Shown: positions 1 through 11,997 of the stretch, piece after piece
Layout of the letters: every line of letters begins with the position of its first letter
Numbering within the stretch: the stretch's first letter is position 1
Assembly: GCF_009914755.1 (NCBI RefSeq)
Contig: NC_060926.1
Length of the DNA stretch: 64,000 nt
Direction: 5' to 3' (one strand)
Source: the human T2T-CHM13v2.0 reference genome, Homo sapiens
Made by a program: the position numbers and the translations under genes
Notes under the pieces: model-generated
What the model saw: the letters and a program-made list of their open reading frames with translations, nothing else
What the model was told of the DNA's origin: nothing
Database searches by the model: none

Positions 1-2129
1 ACCAATGGGCACACCCTGCAGGGACCTGGGAGGGGTAGCAATGGGATTCACAGCCTTTTCCAGCCCAACCAAGGGAGCTGCCTACTTGTTCCACCCTCGC
101 AGCCTGGGGGTTTCAGTCCATGTTCCATGGACCCTTACCCAGCCCATGCCTACCTCAGGGAGGACAATCCTAGTTGGGCAGGGGTGGGGCAAGGGCCCTT
201 GGCTGCCAGCCCCCCATCCCCCTTAGCAGCCTGTGCACGTCATGCTTTTGTTCAGTCTCCTTTTTAAGGAATGGTTCCACCGCTGGGAGGAAATGATTTT
301 TGAGATCTGTTGGTGTGGCTGGAAAAGCACTGAGCTTGGAGTCCAGGGACCCGGGTACAGCATGGCAGGGCCACCTGTGGCAGTGTGGCCAGGGCCTTGG
401 CCCCTGCTGCCTGGAGACTGTGTTCTTCAGGAGGCAGGAGGAGGGGTTGCTGAGTGCTGTGAGCACAGACTCATGTGTGTGGGGGCGCTTGGCTCGAATC
501 TACCTGAGGAACTCGGTGTGGGGGCAGCTTGGAGAAGTGGAGATGGGATGGGCATCTTTAAACACGAGTGGCAGACCCCTGGGAGGGAAAAGCTCTTGCT
601 GTGTGGGGTGCCAAGGGGCAACACTGGTGGGCAGTACCAGAGAGGAGCCTTGTTTCCTATTAAACTGGGATCTCTGGCAACCGAGAGGTGCCTGGGGGTG
701 CTGCAAGGCCCCCGTCAACAGGAGTCGGAAGCAGGGGTTCGCATTAGGAAGACAGAGGGACCCCTGCAGGACTTACCTCCTCCTGTGATGGGGGCGCACT
801 CCAAAGCCCTGTCACTCTGCCTGTGTCACTGTGACAACCGTGGACCCATGGACCCATAGGGAGGAAAGATCCCCGAGGATTTGGGGCTGTGCCGGGCTCC
901 TGCCACATATTGAGCAGACATCAAGGATGCTCTGCTGCTTCTTTAAAGGAAAATAGAGCTGGGAGCGTGGTGCCCCAGGGAGGGGTGCGGCTCACACGCA
1001 CAAGAGGCCCTGGGTGGGGAGCACCATCCCCCTTTGCTCTCTGGCTCATGGCCCTGCGGGAGCTGGCTGGGAAGCCACGCCGGCCACCCTGCGTGGGGTG
1101 CACGGCCCCCTCCCTGGCAGGCAGCTGCAGCACACTCCCAGGTTGATGAGGATTTGTTAAAGTCGCACTATTTTTTTCCGCCTACTTTCTTCCCATGGAC
1201 CTCCCTCTCCTCCTCGAAGTGAGAGTCCAGGGCCAGCGGGCTGAGCCCCTGCGGCCTTCTGCACAGCTGCCTCCAAGAGCCCCACATACACACCACATTC
1301 GTTCCGCCATATATGGCCTCCCGTGCCTTCCCTCGCCTCTCCCCCATCCTCTCTCTCTCCTAGGAGGAAATTTGGCCCTTGTCTTGACTGTCGCTTTTTC
1401 GCGAGGATGTCAGAAATCTGGCTGGAGATCCCGGCAGCCTCCCCCGTCCCCTGTCCCTGCCTACGCCGGCATTCCATCGCATCCCTGCGTCTGGCTTTAT
1501 CTCCAGTGCTGAGCCCTGCGACCTCATGTTCTGGGCACCAGTGTCTGCTGGACTTAACAGCCTGCAAAGGAGGACCCTGGCCACGGATGTGTGGCTTGAC
1601 CCAGAGCTTTGGCCACAGGAGGCATCCCTGCTCCCAGCACCCACCTCCTCCCATCTATCCACAGCCTTGCAAGATTCCTATCTAATCAGATACTGCCCTT
1701 TATCCCTCCAGAGCAATTGCATAGGACAGGACGCTGGAATCTGTTCATGTGTGATGTCATTGCTTGGTCAGCAGCCTCAGAGCCTGATAATTGCCAGTAT
1801 TGATCCTGTAAACACTTCAGGACATCACAAAGGATCGAGGGAAGACCTTTTTAAATAGGTCAAGCAGTCCCTCTGCAGGAGGACCACCTCTGCAGGGCGG
1901 CTCCCGGAGGCCAGGGAACAGCAGTGAGGGCCCTGCCACAGGACCCAAAGGGGGCTGAGCCTGCTCGGGTGCCCGCCACCCTCCAGGCAGGCCCCCAAGC
2001 CTTTCAGAAGAGCCTTCAGATGGCTCCTACAAGCCCTGCAGGGCCCAAGTCCTGGCCTTCTGTGGCCCACGATGGGCTATCTGCCCCTGCTCCCACCAGT
2101 TTCACCTGCAGAACTTTTGCACAATCCAA

Positions 2130-2285
2130 AGGTCACCTTTAGTCACACTTCACTGCATTGTCTCTACCTGCCCAGTTGCCTCAGGATGTCCCCTCGGGGC
2201 AGGGCCTTTATTCAGCTCTTTGTTGTGCCCTCTAATACCCTGACACCAAGATCGGTTGCAGGAACCATGAAGGATTTGAGTGAAT
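2130..2285 (+). mobile_element. L2 3' end remnant
   Basis: ggggcagggcctt...ctttgttgtgccctctaataccctgacacc...atttgagtgaat resembles the L2 3' terminus. Confidence 0.45.
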
Positions 2286-2624
2286 CCCATTGACCTTAAA
2301 GAACCAGAGATCCCACTGCTCCAGCATCACTTAGCCTGGCCGTTCCCTTGTATGATGTTCAGGCTAATTTTCTTGTACCACCGAGTGAGGAAGAGCTTGG
2401 CCCAGGATGGATCCATTTGCATTCAGGGAAGTAAGAGAAATGGATTGGACTTTCCAGGAAAGCAAACAGTACAGTTTGGAGGCATGGGGAAGGTTCTGAG
2501 GTACAGGGGACGTTCTGATTCTTGATCTGCAGGTATTCACTTGTAAGTTTATTGTTCTGATCACTTAAGATCCCAGCCCTTTAGAGCATCTTCGACTGAA
2601 ATGCAAGGGATCCCTGTGCATATG

Positions 2625-3790
2625 CCTGTGTGTGCAAGCATGTGTGTGTGTGTGTGTATGAGCATGTGAGCACGCACATGTATTTGAGCAGGTGGGTTTG
2701 TGTGTGTGTATGAGCATGGGAGCACACACGTGTATTTGAGCGAGTGGTTTTGTGTATGTATGAGCATGTGAGCGTGCACGTGTATTTGTGTGAGCAGGTG
2801 GGTGCGTGTGTATGAGCATGTGAGCACACACATGTATTTGAGCAAGTGGGTTTGTGTGTGTATGAGCATGTGAGCACACACGTGTATTTGTGTGAGTAGG
2901 TGGGTTTGTGTGTATGAGCATGTGAGCACACGTGTATTTGAGCAGGTGGGTTTGTGTAAGTGTGTATGAGCATGTGAGTGTGCACATGTATTTGAGCAAG
3001 TGGGTGTGTGTATATGAGCATGTGAGCACACACGTGTATTTGAGCAGGTGGGTTTGTGTGTATGAGCATGTGAGCACACGTGTTTGAGTAGGTGGGTTTG
3101 TGTGTATGAGCATGTGAGCACACGTGTGTTAGTGTGAGCAGGTGGGTTTGTGTGTGTGTATGAGCATGTGAGCACACACGTGTATTTGAGCAGGTGGGTT
3201 TGTGTGTATGTGTGTATGAGCATGTGAGCACACGTGTATGAGCAGGTGGGTTTGTGTGTGTGTGTGAGCGAGCATGTGAGCATGCACGTGTATTTGAGTA
3301 GGTGGGTTTGTGTGTGTGTGTATGAGCATGGGAGCAAGCACATGTATTTGTGTGAGCAGGTGGGTTTGTGTGTGTGTATGAGCATGGGAGCACACACGTG
3401 TATTTGAGCGAGTGGGTTTGTGTATGTATGAGCATGTGAGCATGCACGTGTATTTGTGTGAGCAGGTGGGTGCGTGTGTATGAGCATGTGAGCACACACA
3501 TGTATTTGAGCAAGTGGGTTTGTGTAAGTGTGAGCATGTGAGCACACACGTGTATTTGAGTAGGTGGGTTTGTGTGTATGAGCATGTGAGCACACGTGTA
3601 TTTGAGCAGGTGGATTTGTGTGTGTGTGTGAGCATGTGAGCACACGTGTATTTGAGCAGGTGGATTTGTGTGTGTGTATGAGCATGTGAGCACGCACATG
3701 TATTTGAGCAGGTGGGTTTGTGTGTGTGAGAGAGAGCAGGTGGGCATATATGTGTATGTGTGTGTGTAAGCATGTGGGTGTGCGTGTATG
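2625..3790. repeat. Complex TG-rich minisatellite (~50-60-bp unit, roughly 20 copies)
   Basis: Recurrent gagcaggtgggtttg(tg)n-tatgagcatgtgagcacacgtgtattt. Confidence 0.95.
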
Positions 3791-4039
3791 ACTGCCTTCT
3801 CTCCTCTACCACTGGGAGCAAATTCCTTTGGTCCCTGTCTAGGGCTCCCGGCTGCAGGTGTGAGGCCCCATGCAGTGCCCATCAAGGGTGACCCAGGCTG
3901 CTCTTGAGCACAGGTCTGCAGCACCCACACTCACAGCCTAGGGAAGCCGAGCTGCCTTTTGGGGATGTCCCCACTTTCCCAGCTGCAAGAGCCTTGAGGC
4001 AAACCTACCTCTCCTTCAGGCAAGTGAAAGAAGTCACAA

Positions 4040-4165
4040 CTGCATGTACACATACAAGTGCACACCTGAACATATGCACACACACACGTGCACACACACG
4101 TATGCACATGTGCACATACACACACATATGCACACGTGCACGCCCATATACTCACACACACACAC
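4040..4165. repeat. Degenerate (CA)n-rich simple repeat
   Basis: cacacacgtgcacacacacgtatgcacatgtgcacatacac... Confidence 0.85.
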
Positions 4166-6520
4166 TGTTCAGAATGCCGGCATTCCCAGACAGTAAAGCT
4201 TTTTAAGTCAAAGCCCCCACGCCCACTCTGCCCTCCCCACCTGCTGCCTCCTTCCCACGCTGATTTACCGCCCCCAAGACGTCCCGCAGAGAGTGAAGAA
4301 TCCCAGACTCCCTGAATTTCTTCGCAGATTTTACTTCCTTGCCAGAAAAGTTCAAGGTTGGGTCAGATCTTCCCCTTTCCACCATGGGCTGTGCTTTCCC
4401 AGCCCCCTGTCAAGCCGCATCTGGGGGTTCCCTCTTGGGGAAGGAGGCCTCATGAGCAGAGGGTCCCAAGGAGCTGAGGGTGGCTCTGCACACACCTAGC
4501 AAGGGGGCTCCAGGGACCATGGGCACTGTGCCCTGCTACATTCCCCTGCACATACTCTCAATGAGCCCTGTCCCCTTCCTGTGCACACTGCACCTGGGCA
4601 GACACCCATGTGGGGGCAGGGAGGGGTGGGGGCCTGTTGGTAAGTGAGGTGGTAAACCCGGCCAGAGCACCTTCTGCTCAGCCTGGGTGCTCGGCCTGGA
4701 GACCAACGTGGCCCTGACCTTTCCAGGCAACTGGTCTCCACCTGGGAGTGCCCGTGGCCCCTGCCTGCCTGTCTCCTACAGGGTGGCCACCCTAAACTTT
4801 GCTCCAGGTTGGGCCCTCCTGTCTGTCCCTCACTGGACTGGAAGCATCCTGCAGGCAGGCACTGCCTCTGTGCCTTCACAGCAGTTGCTGAGCACCCAGC
4901 ACTCGAAAGCACCATCACCTGGTGGGAAACTTTCTGGGAAAGTCCCTGAGGGTTCCCCGCAAAGCCACTTGGAGACACAGATGATCAGCCCCAGTCATGC
5001 GCTGCTGTGGATTTTGCACATGCAGTTGGTCTAGCCTCGGCCCCGCCATCACCTTGTCTTAACACCGGTTGTTATATTTAAATTCGTAACCTTTATTCTT
5101 ATTAAAAAACAATATGCATTTTTTGTTGAAAACTTAAGGAGCACAATTTTAAATAAGCAAAAAAAAATTTAAGTATAATTTTCATCTCACCACACAGAGC
5201 TAAGTGCTGGTAACATTTTGTTGATTAAGCTTTCAGACGTAGTCAATACACAAATCACTAACCTTTCAGTCCTGCCTAGTTGAGCCATTCTTACTGTATA
5301 AACTGACCTTTTTGGAGGGCATTTAACCTGCCTCCATTCTTTAACTATTAGAAACACAGAGTCCATCAATATCCTTGTGAAGCATGGTGCACCTCCTTAA
5401 TGATCTCTAATACTTTTCTAAGTGTAGAAATTGCCATGCCCTCCATCTTCCTTCCTAAAATGTTCTAGGCTTGGACCAGACACTTTCTCTGGTCCTTCTG
5501 CCTCAAAAAAATCTCCCATTCGTGAGATAAGATTGGAACACCTTAATAGGGTGGGAAGTTTGGGTTTTTTTCTTGCTTGCTTAAAGAGTTAGGAGTCTTG
5601 TATTTTCACTGTACAGCCTCAGTGTGAAGGCCCTGCTGTGGGGGAAACTCAGGAAGAGAGCATCCTTTGAGCCCTCAAGGGCAAAAACAGGGACATCCCT
5701 TCAAAATGTTAGCCAAGTTTATGTCCTTCCTCCCTGAGCCCCAGTGAAATGACAGAAGAAGAAGAAGAAGAAACATAAGAACTAGTCCCTGACTGTGCTG
5801 GAAAAACAGATCAGGCTCTCCCCATCTCAAGGACAATGAGGAATTTCTAGAAACGAGAGTGGAAGTGATCAGCTTGGAAGCACCGCATCATGGTTGAACA
5901 GCTGTGGGTGCAAGGAGGGCAGTCTCCACGTGAGACAGAAGAGCCCTGGGAAACTCAGGCTCCGAGGCCACACTGAGAGTGGGAGGCGGCGGTCACTGGC
6001 CGGCAACCCCCACGGACTAGAACAAGGCTCTAAGGCAGGGCGCGTCGGGGAGGCCAGTTGGTGCCCGAGGAAGGGACTGAAGCTGGAGGTGAAGGGGAGC
6101 AGAGCCCCAGGGACCTGATGGCCACCAAACAAAAGGAAAATCCGGGCCCCCAGAGCAGCCTCCTGGAGACCGTCCCCCTCCTGCCTCCCTCTGGGGCAGG
6201 CTGTTCCCGACCTCAGAAAGCTGCACCAGTCAGAGGTGCATTTCCTATCCAGTCCACAGAGCTGCTTGTGAAGACAGAGGTGCAGAAAACCACTGGGCAG
6301 TGACAGTGACCAGCGGGTGTTGGGAGCCTGCTCGGCCACTCACCAACCAAGCAACTCACCCATGACGGCTCTGACCCCCCATATGCCAGGCCTCCGCATC
6401 ACAGAAGTGACAGCTCCTGCTTGTGGTGGGCCTCTGGGATTGTCTAGGAGGGATGATGCTCCCAAGGCAGAACCCACAGCACCCAGGTTTTTCCCTCTGT
6501 GAAGGCTTCTAGGGTTTCTG

Positions 6521-6883
6521 CTTTGCTATGACTGCTAGGAAGCTCAGAGCCTAATTTGCAACTCACCCCTAGCAGCTATACAGGATCACTTGGTGTGCAT
6601 TTGTGGTTCTCTTTTGATTCTTGGCTTCATCTTGATTTCTTTTCCTCTTATTTTTTTTTCCACCTCAATTTCACTCATAGTGTCTATCTTGTTAGCCAGT
6701 AGTGCCATAAAGTCTGGGGCTGGGGGTCGGGGGATTGCTCAGGACCCAGGGGCTGTCTTGGCTTCCATCTCCCACCGCAAGCCTCTCTGGTGCCGAGTTC
6801 AATTCAAGGACTGGGGATGCTCAGTGTTTGTAAACATCCCCTCAGACGGAAACCCAAATGGTGAAACTGGCTGCTTGCAGAGG
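6521..6883 (+). repeat. Local duplication, copy 1 (partner at 8681-9053)
   Basis: Colinear match by eye, e.g. the shared block ggttctcttttgattcttggcttcatcttgatttcttttcctctta. Confidence 0.93.
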
Positions 6884-8680
6884 TCTTTCCTCAGGGACAC
6901 GCCCAGAGTCCTGGAGGGCGTTCCTGCTGTCCCTTTGTTCTCTCTCTCTCTAATGTTTCTACCTTTGTGTGTGTGCATCACAAAGGTGAGAAGCAGTCAA
7001 ACTTGGGAAGAAGAAATGGCTGAAATGCTACCATTTACAGCTCAAGCCATGCTTCCTCGCTGACGTTGGCCGATGCGTGGTCAGAGTTGGTGCCACCTGC
7101 TCGATTTCACATGTTGTGGCCAATGACATCACCACAAAATGACCCAAGTGTCGGGAAGCTTAAGGGTGTCCAGGCATCCACCAGCGGGAAGGGTCGGTGA
7201 AGACTGGACAGCCACATCCACTTCTGAGCAGTGACCCTGTGGCCTTCAGCGGCTGGGCGGGGAGTAGGGAGGATGGTCCGCCAGCCACGAGCCCCACTGC
7301 AGCTTATCCGGGTCAAGAACACACCACACAAGCACTGCAGGGCCATGGCTGTTGGAACTACCCCTTGAGTCTGGGCAGAAACTGAGAGCAAGCATGTAGA
7401 TACTTTGCTGTCCCTTGATGCGGCCAGGGCATTTTTGCCTGTATTTTATGAAAATATCAGTCCACAGTGGATTGGACATTTTAAAAAGCTGGTTCTTCAT
7501 CACAGAAAGTTTGAGAAGCACATGTCTGAAAATATTGTAAGAAACACCAATATCAAATCCAGTAATAATCATATTCGCTGCCCTCGCTCTGCTTGTCCTC
7601 CCACAGGACAGCTCTCTTGGATGAGTGTCACAGCAAAAGGCTTGTCCAGATCATCTCTCACTGATCCGGCCTCTAGGAGACTTAGCCCTGTAGGCACTGA
7701 TTCAAATTACACAATGCCTTTCTCTTAGTTTTTGCCATCATTATTTATAAAGACACACTGGAAACTTGGATTACAAAAATGTTACTATTTCAGGGACTCA
7801 GAAGACGACAAGTCAATGGCTATTGTACCCCGCAGTGCACCAGGCTGTGCTGTGCTTCCTGGAGGTGTGAGCCCAGGATCGTCCCTTCCAGGAGGTAGAT
7901 CCTCACAGCTCTCACCGCTTCCCCAAACTTTATGGCAAAACAGCTGTGACAAGCCGTCAGCGGGGCCTACCATATCTGACAGTTTGGAGTAACTTGGCCA
8001 TTGGCTTGAATCAATCGTCAAATTGGCTGTTGGCAAATGGATGAAACAACCCAGAGCTTGTGCGTGGCACTGACTGTCCAGAGCCAGGAACCCGCCTGAG
8101 GCAGACTCTGTCCCGGCAACATCAGGTCTGAGTGGAGGGGGATAAACAGAACAAGCAAACAGCCAGAAAAATACATGGGGGGAGCTTGGGGAAGGGGGAT
8201 TTGAGCTGAGGCCAGGGTGGAAAAAAGGCCAGAGCCACTCACTGTTTGTGGGTAGTGAGGTCTCCATTTGGGGATGTAACTCCTGGGGCTGGAGGAGGGT
8301 CTGACGGCAGCAGACGTGGGGCCGGTGGGGAGTCCGTACAGACACACACACAGCTGATGGGTGATGCTGGCCCTGATGAGGTGTGATGGAGGAGATGTAG
8401 AGGAGAGATTTACTTCCAGAAATACCATGAATCACTCCCTGTTTTTGCAACACAGCGCCGTGACTCTGTGAGGTACAAAATAATTATAAAATGCTGTCCT
8501 TTCCCAGTCTGTTAGCTTGTTTTAAAGTTAAGTAATTTCTCCCCTCCCTGTCCTTTATTTTAAACCCAAGACCTTAAAACAATGAGCTAAAACCCCAAGG
8601 CTTCCACAGGTTGTTTTGGAGGCTTCTAGGGAACTGGGGCAAAAATATTTGTTGTTATGTTAAGGTCGGGCTGGTTCCCC

Positions 8681-9053
8681 CTTTGCTGTGACTGCTGGGA
8701 AACTCAGAGCCTCATTTGCAACCCACCCCTAGCAACTGTACAGAATCACTTGGTGTGCATCTGGGGTTCTCTTTTGATTCTTGGCTTCATCTTGATTTCT
8801 TTTCCTCTTACTTTTTTTCTTCACCCCAATTTCACTCATAGTGTCTATCTCATTGATGGGTAGTGCCATAAAATCTGGGGCTGGGGGTTGGGGGATTGCT
8901 CAGGGCCCAGGGGCTGCCTTGGCTTCCCTCCCCCACTGCACGAGGATGGGGCCTCTCTGGCGCCGAGTTCAATTCAAGGACGGAGGATGCTCAGTGTTTG
9001 TAAACTTCGCCACAGACAGAAACCCAAAGGGTGATGCTGGCTGCATGCAGAGG
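8681..9053 (+). repeat. Local duplication, copy 2 (partner at 6521-6883)
   Basis: Same orientation, offset ~2160-2170 bp, with a ~10-bp insertion near 8941. Confidence 0.93.
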
Positions 9054-9350
9054 GCAGTGGCGAGGTAGGAACTCCACCCTTTCCTCCACTCCAACAGCTG
9101 CTGCCACAGCAGCCGTGGGCCCTATGGGCAGCCCAGGTCCTGCATGTGCTCCTGTCTGGGCTGTGCTCCCTGTCCTCCTTAGAAGAATCGAGACTTTAGA
9201 ACAGCAGCCAGGCCATGCCCTCTTCCCCCAAGCCCCACGCCCTGCAGGGGGGCTGTGGGAAGTCTGGAAGCCGCCTCCGCTGTTCTGTGGATGGTGACCC
9301 TTAGCTCTTGTCTCTCAGTTGGCTTGGAGCGGGGTCCCCAGGTAAGCCCC

Positions 9351-9720
9351 TACATTAGTTCATTCTCACGCTGCTATAAAGCACTACCTGAGACCAGGTA
9401 ATTTATAAAGGAAAGAGGTTTAATTGACTCACAGTTCCACAGGGCTAGGGAAGCCTCAGGGAACTTACAATCGTGGCCAAAGGGGAGGCAGACGCATCCT
9501 GCTTCATGTGGTGGCAGGAAGGAGAATGAGTGCCCAGTGAAGGGGGAAGCCCCTTATAAAACCATCAGCTCTCCGAGAACTCATTCCCTTTCATGAGAAC
9601 AGGATGGGGGAAACCGCCCCTGTGATTCAATTACCTCCACCTGGTCCCTCCCCGTGACACGTTGGGGGTTATGGGAACTACGGGAGGAGATTTGGGTGGG
9701 GACACAGCCAACCCATATCA
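9351..9720 (-). mobile_element. THE1-type MaLR solo LTR
   Basis: Minus strand starts TGATATGGGTTGGCTGTGTCCCCACCCAAATCTC; flanked by a 5-bp TSD GCCCC (9346-9350, 9721-9725). Confidence 0.9.
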
Positions 9721-11678
9721 GCCCCACATTCCAGGTGGGGCAGCCTCCCTTGCTAATGCAGTTCACGACTCCGCCATCCCTGGAATGTTGACCGGGCCAC
9801 ACTGAAGGGCACTGAGGCCACAGGAGGGTGTGCAGACACTCACTGCCCTTGGTGGCCATGATTAGGGTGTCAGCTGCCCTCCTGGTTCTGGCCCCCTCTT
9901 GTTCTTCATGTTTCCATCTGTTTTCTGGTGGCTGTGGGGAGCTCAGGATGCCCAGGGTTTCCATAAAGTTGTCCTGCAGAGTGAGAACTCCAGGCTTCCC
10001 ACATCCCTGTGAACAAACAGGCCTGTCCCTGGCCCAGAGTAGCCAGGGCCTTCCCACTGCTTGGCCCCACTTGTGCTGGCCACAGAGCACGGTGGCAGCC
10101 TCAGCTACTTGGGGCCACTATTGTTTGTCATGAGATCTGAGCTAAGAATATGCTGTGTGCCATGGTGAGGTGTATTTGCAGAGTAAAGCCTCAGAATATT
10201 TGCTTTGCATGTGTTGTTTGGAAACCAAAGCCTTTGAATTGTCCGTGAATTTCTTGGGCTCCTCCCGCAGTGTGGGGTCTGCAGGCCCAGGGGTCTTCTC
10301 TCCCTTGCTGCAGAAACACACCTTGCAGCCATAGTCTTCAAGCCCACAGGGTACACTGTCAAAGAAGAAATGTGTCCTTAACTTGGGTACAAATCTGTAA
10401 TCCATAGAGTAGAAGGAAACCCACATCTCTGATCATCCCTGATCATAAAATCTCATCCTAACCCTCTCTGGACCTGAGAATCGTGTTCGTGACCCACACT
10501 CAGGGTCTCCCCAGGTTCACTGTGAATAAGCGGGATGTTTTCACTGAGAAACTTTGTGATTGTTCCCTCCATGTTAGACAGTGAGTCATGTGGCAAAAAC
10601 CGAGTCAGGAGGAATTCTGCTGAATCAAGACTTTACTCTGATAGCATTAATCATGAGACAGACCTGCTAACACTTTTGGGCGTTCCCAAGACAGAAACTT
10701 ACAGGCAAGTGGGAAAGGCAGCCAGGAAACTCAGCCTCCTGCATCCAGACTCCTCCACGGTCGCATTCTGCAGGGTTTGCTGGTCCCCTCTGCCAACCTT
10801 GTGGCTCAGCCACCCCCAGCAGCAGAGCCGAGGGTGTGTCTGCTCCAGGAGACGCTGGCCTGGAGGTGCTGTCTAGGGCAGGAGACACTGGCCTGGGTAC
10901 TGTCTCCCAGGGAGGCTCAGCTCTGCCCGCCTGGCTTCCTCTGTGTCTGGTCCTGCGCAAGACATGGTCCCTGCCACACCCATGGTCCTGGTGTGGCAGG
11001 GATCCGGGGGGTGGGGACTGCATCCACGCTTCTGCTGTTCCGCTGGGACCAGGGCCCCTCGCGTTGTGCCCTCTGACGTGGCTTCACCTTCACTATGGCG
11101 GGGTTGGGGAGACGGAGGGTCCGCAGCAGCCCCATGCAGGCCACCTGCTGCTCCCACCTCAACCCCCTACCCCGCCCCCCGCCCCCCCCAGGCCAGGTCG
11201 TCCCGGGGGCTCTGCACCAAGTGGGTTCTGGAAGTTTCTAATTGCATCTGGGTGGGAGAGGGAGCTGCTTGGCAGCTCTATGCTGCTTCCTGCACTTTTC
11301 AGAAGAAAAAAATCATCTCTATCCCCATCTGTTTTCTTTTTGAGATAAAATCTATTTTAGGACAGAAGTATGTGCCCTGCTTTGCCCATGCTCACCTCCC
11401 CCACAGCTGGGACGTGGCTGCCTCTGTGGGTGGCTGCAGCTGCGCCCCGGCCGTCCCTCCAGCGCAGAGCCGGGCAGGGGGTCAGACCCTAGGAGCGCCT
11501 CTCACTTTGGCAGCCCCAGGAAAACTCATAAATAACAGTGTGCCCGCCCCCACCGTTGGCCCACCCTGTCCAGGGCCCTGTCTCTCTCAGGCTCCAGCCT
11601 CCAGGCTGCCAGGGAGGCCCTGGCCTGAGGAGTGGCCTTGCAGAGACCTCCCAAGGCAGCATGTGGACCCCCGAGACG

Positions 11679-11802
11679 CAGAGTGTGCGCTCAGAGATCC
11701 TCCCACCACTCAGAGTGCACACTCGGAGATCCTGCCACCACTCAGAGTGCACACTCGGAGATCCTCCCACCACTCAGAGTGTGCACTCAGAGATCCTCCC
11801 AC
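11679..11802. repeat. 32-bp tandem repeat, ~4 copies
   Basis: cagagtgcacactcggagatcctcccaccact; gatcc recurs at 11696, 11728, 11760, 11792. Confidence 0.92.
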
Positions 11803-11835
11803 CTGCACACGTGTTTTTCTCTCTTAACTCCATTG

Positions 11836-11997
11836 CAGAGAGGGGGCCGGGTCCCAGCGACACAGAGAGGGGGCCGGGTCCCAGCGACACAGAGGAGTCG
11901 GGTCCCAGCGACACAGAGAGGGGCCCAGGGTCTCAGCGACACAGAGGGGTCGGGTCACAGAGACACAGAGAGGGGCCCAGGGTCCCAGCGACACAGA
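11836..11997. repeat. ~24-28-bp tandem repeat, ~6 copies
   Basis: cagagagggggccgggtcccagcgaca and variants. Confidence 0.9.

Noticed and set aside
2561-3930. Long His/Thr/Cys-rich ORFs (378 and 449 aa)
   Set aside because: Translations of the TG minisatellite, open in several frames because the repeat lacks stops; not zinc-finger or metal-binding proteins.
6590-7063. ORF with an apparent transmembrane segment (LLILGFILISFPLIFF), echoed at 8657-8863
   Set aside because: Starts at TTG, the hydrophobicity comes from a polypyrimidine tract, and the frame is not kept in the second copy.
10943-11827. 294-aa ORF, and similar Pro/Gly/Ala-rich ORFs at 24492-25322 and 60528-61219
   Set aside because: Expected by chance in GC-rich or tandem-repeat DNA; overlapping ORFs on both strands and no domain.
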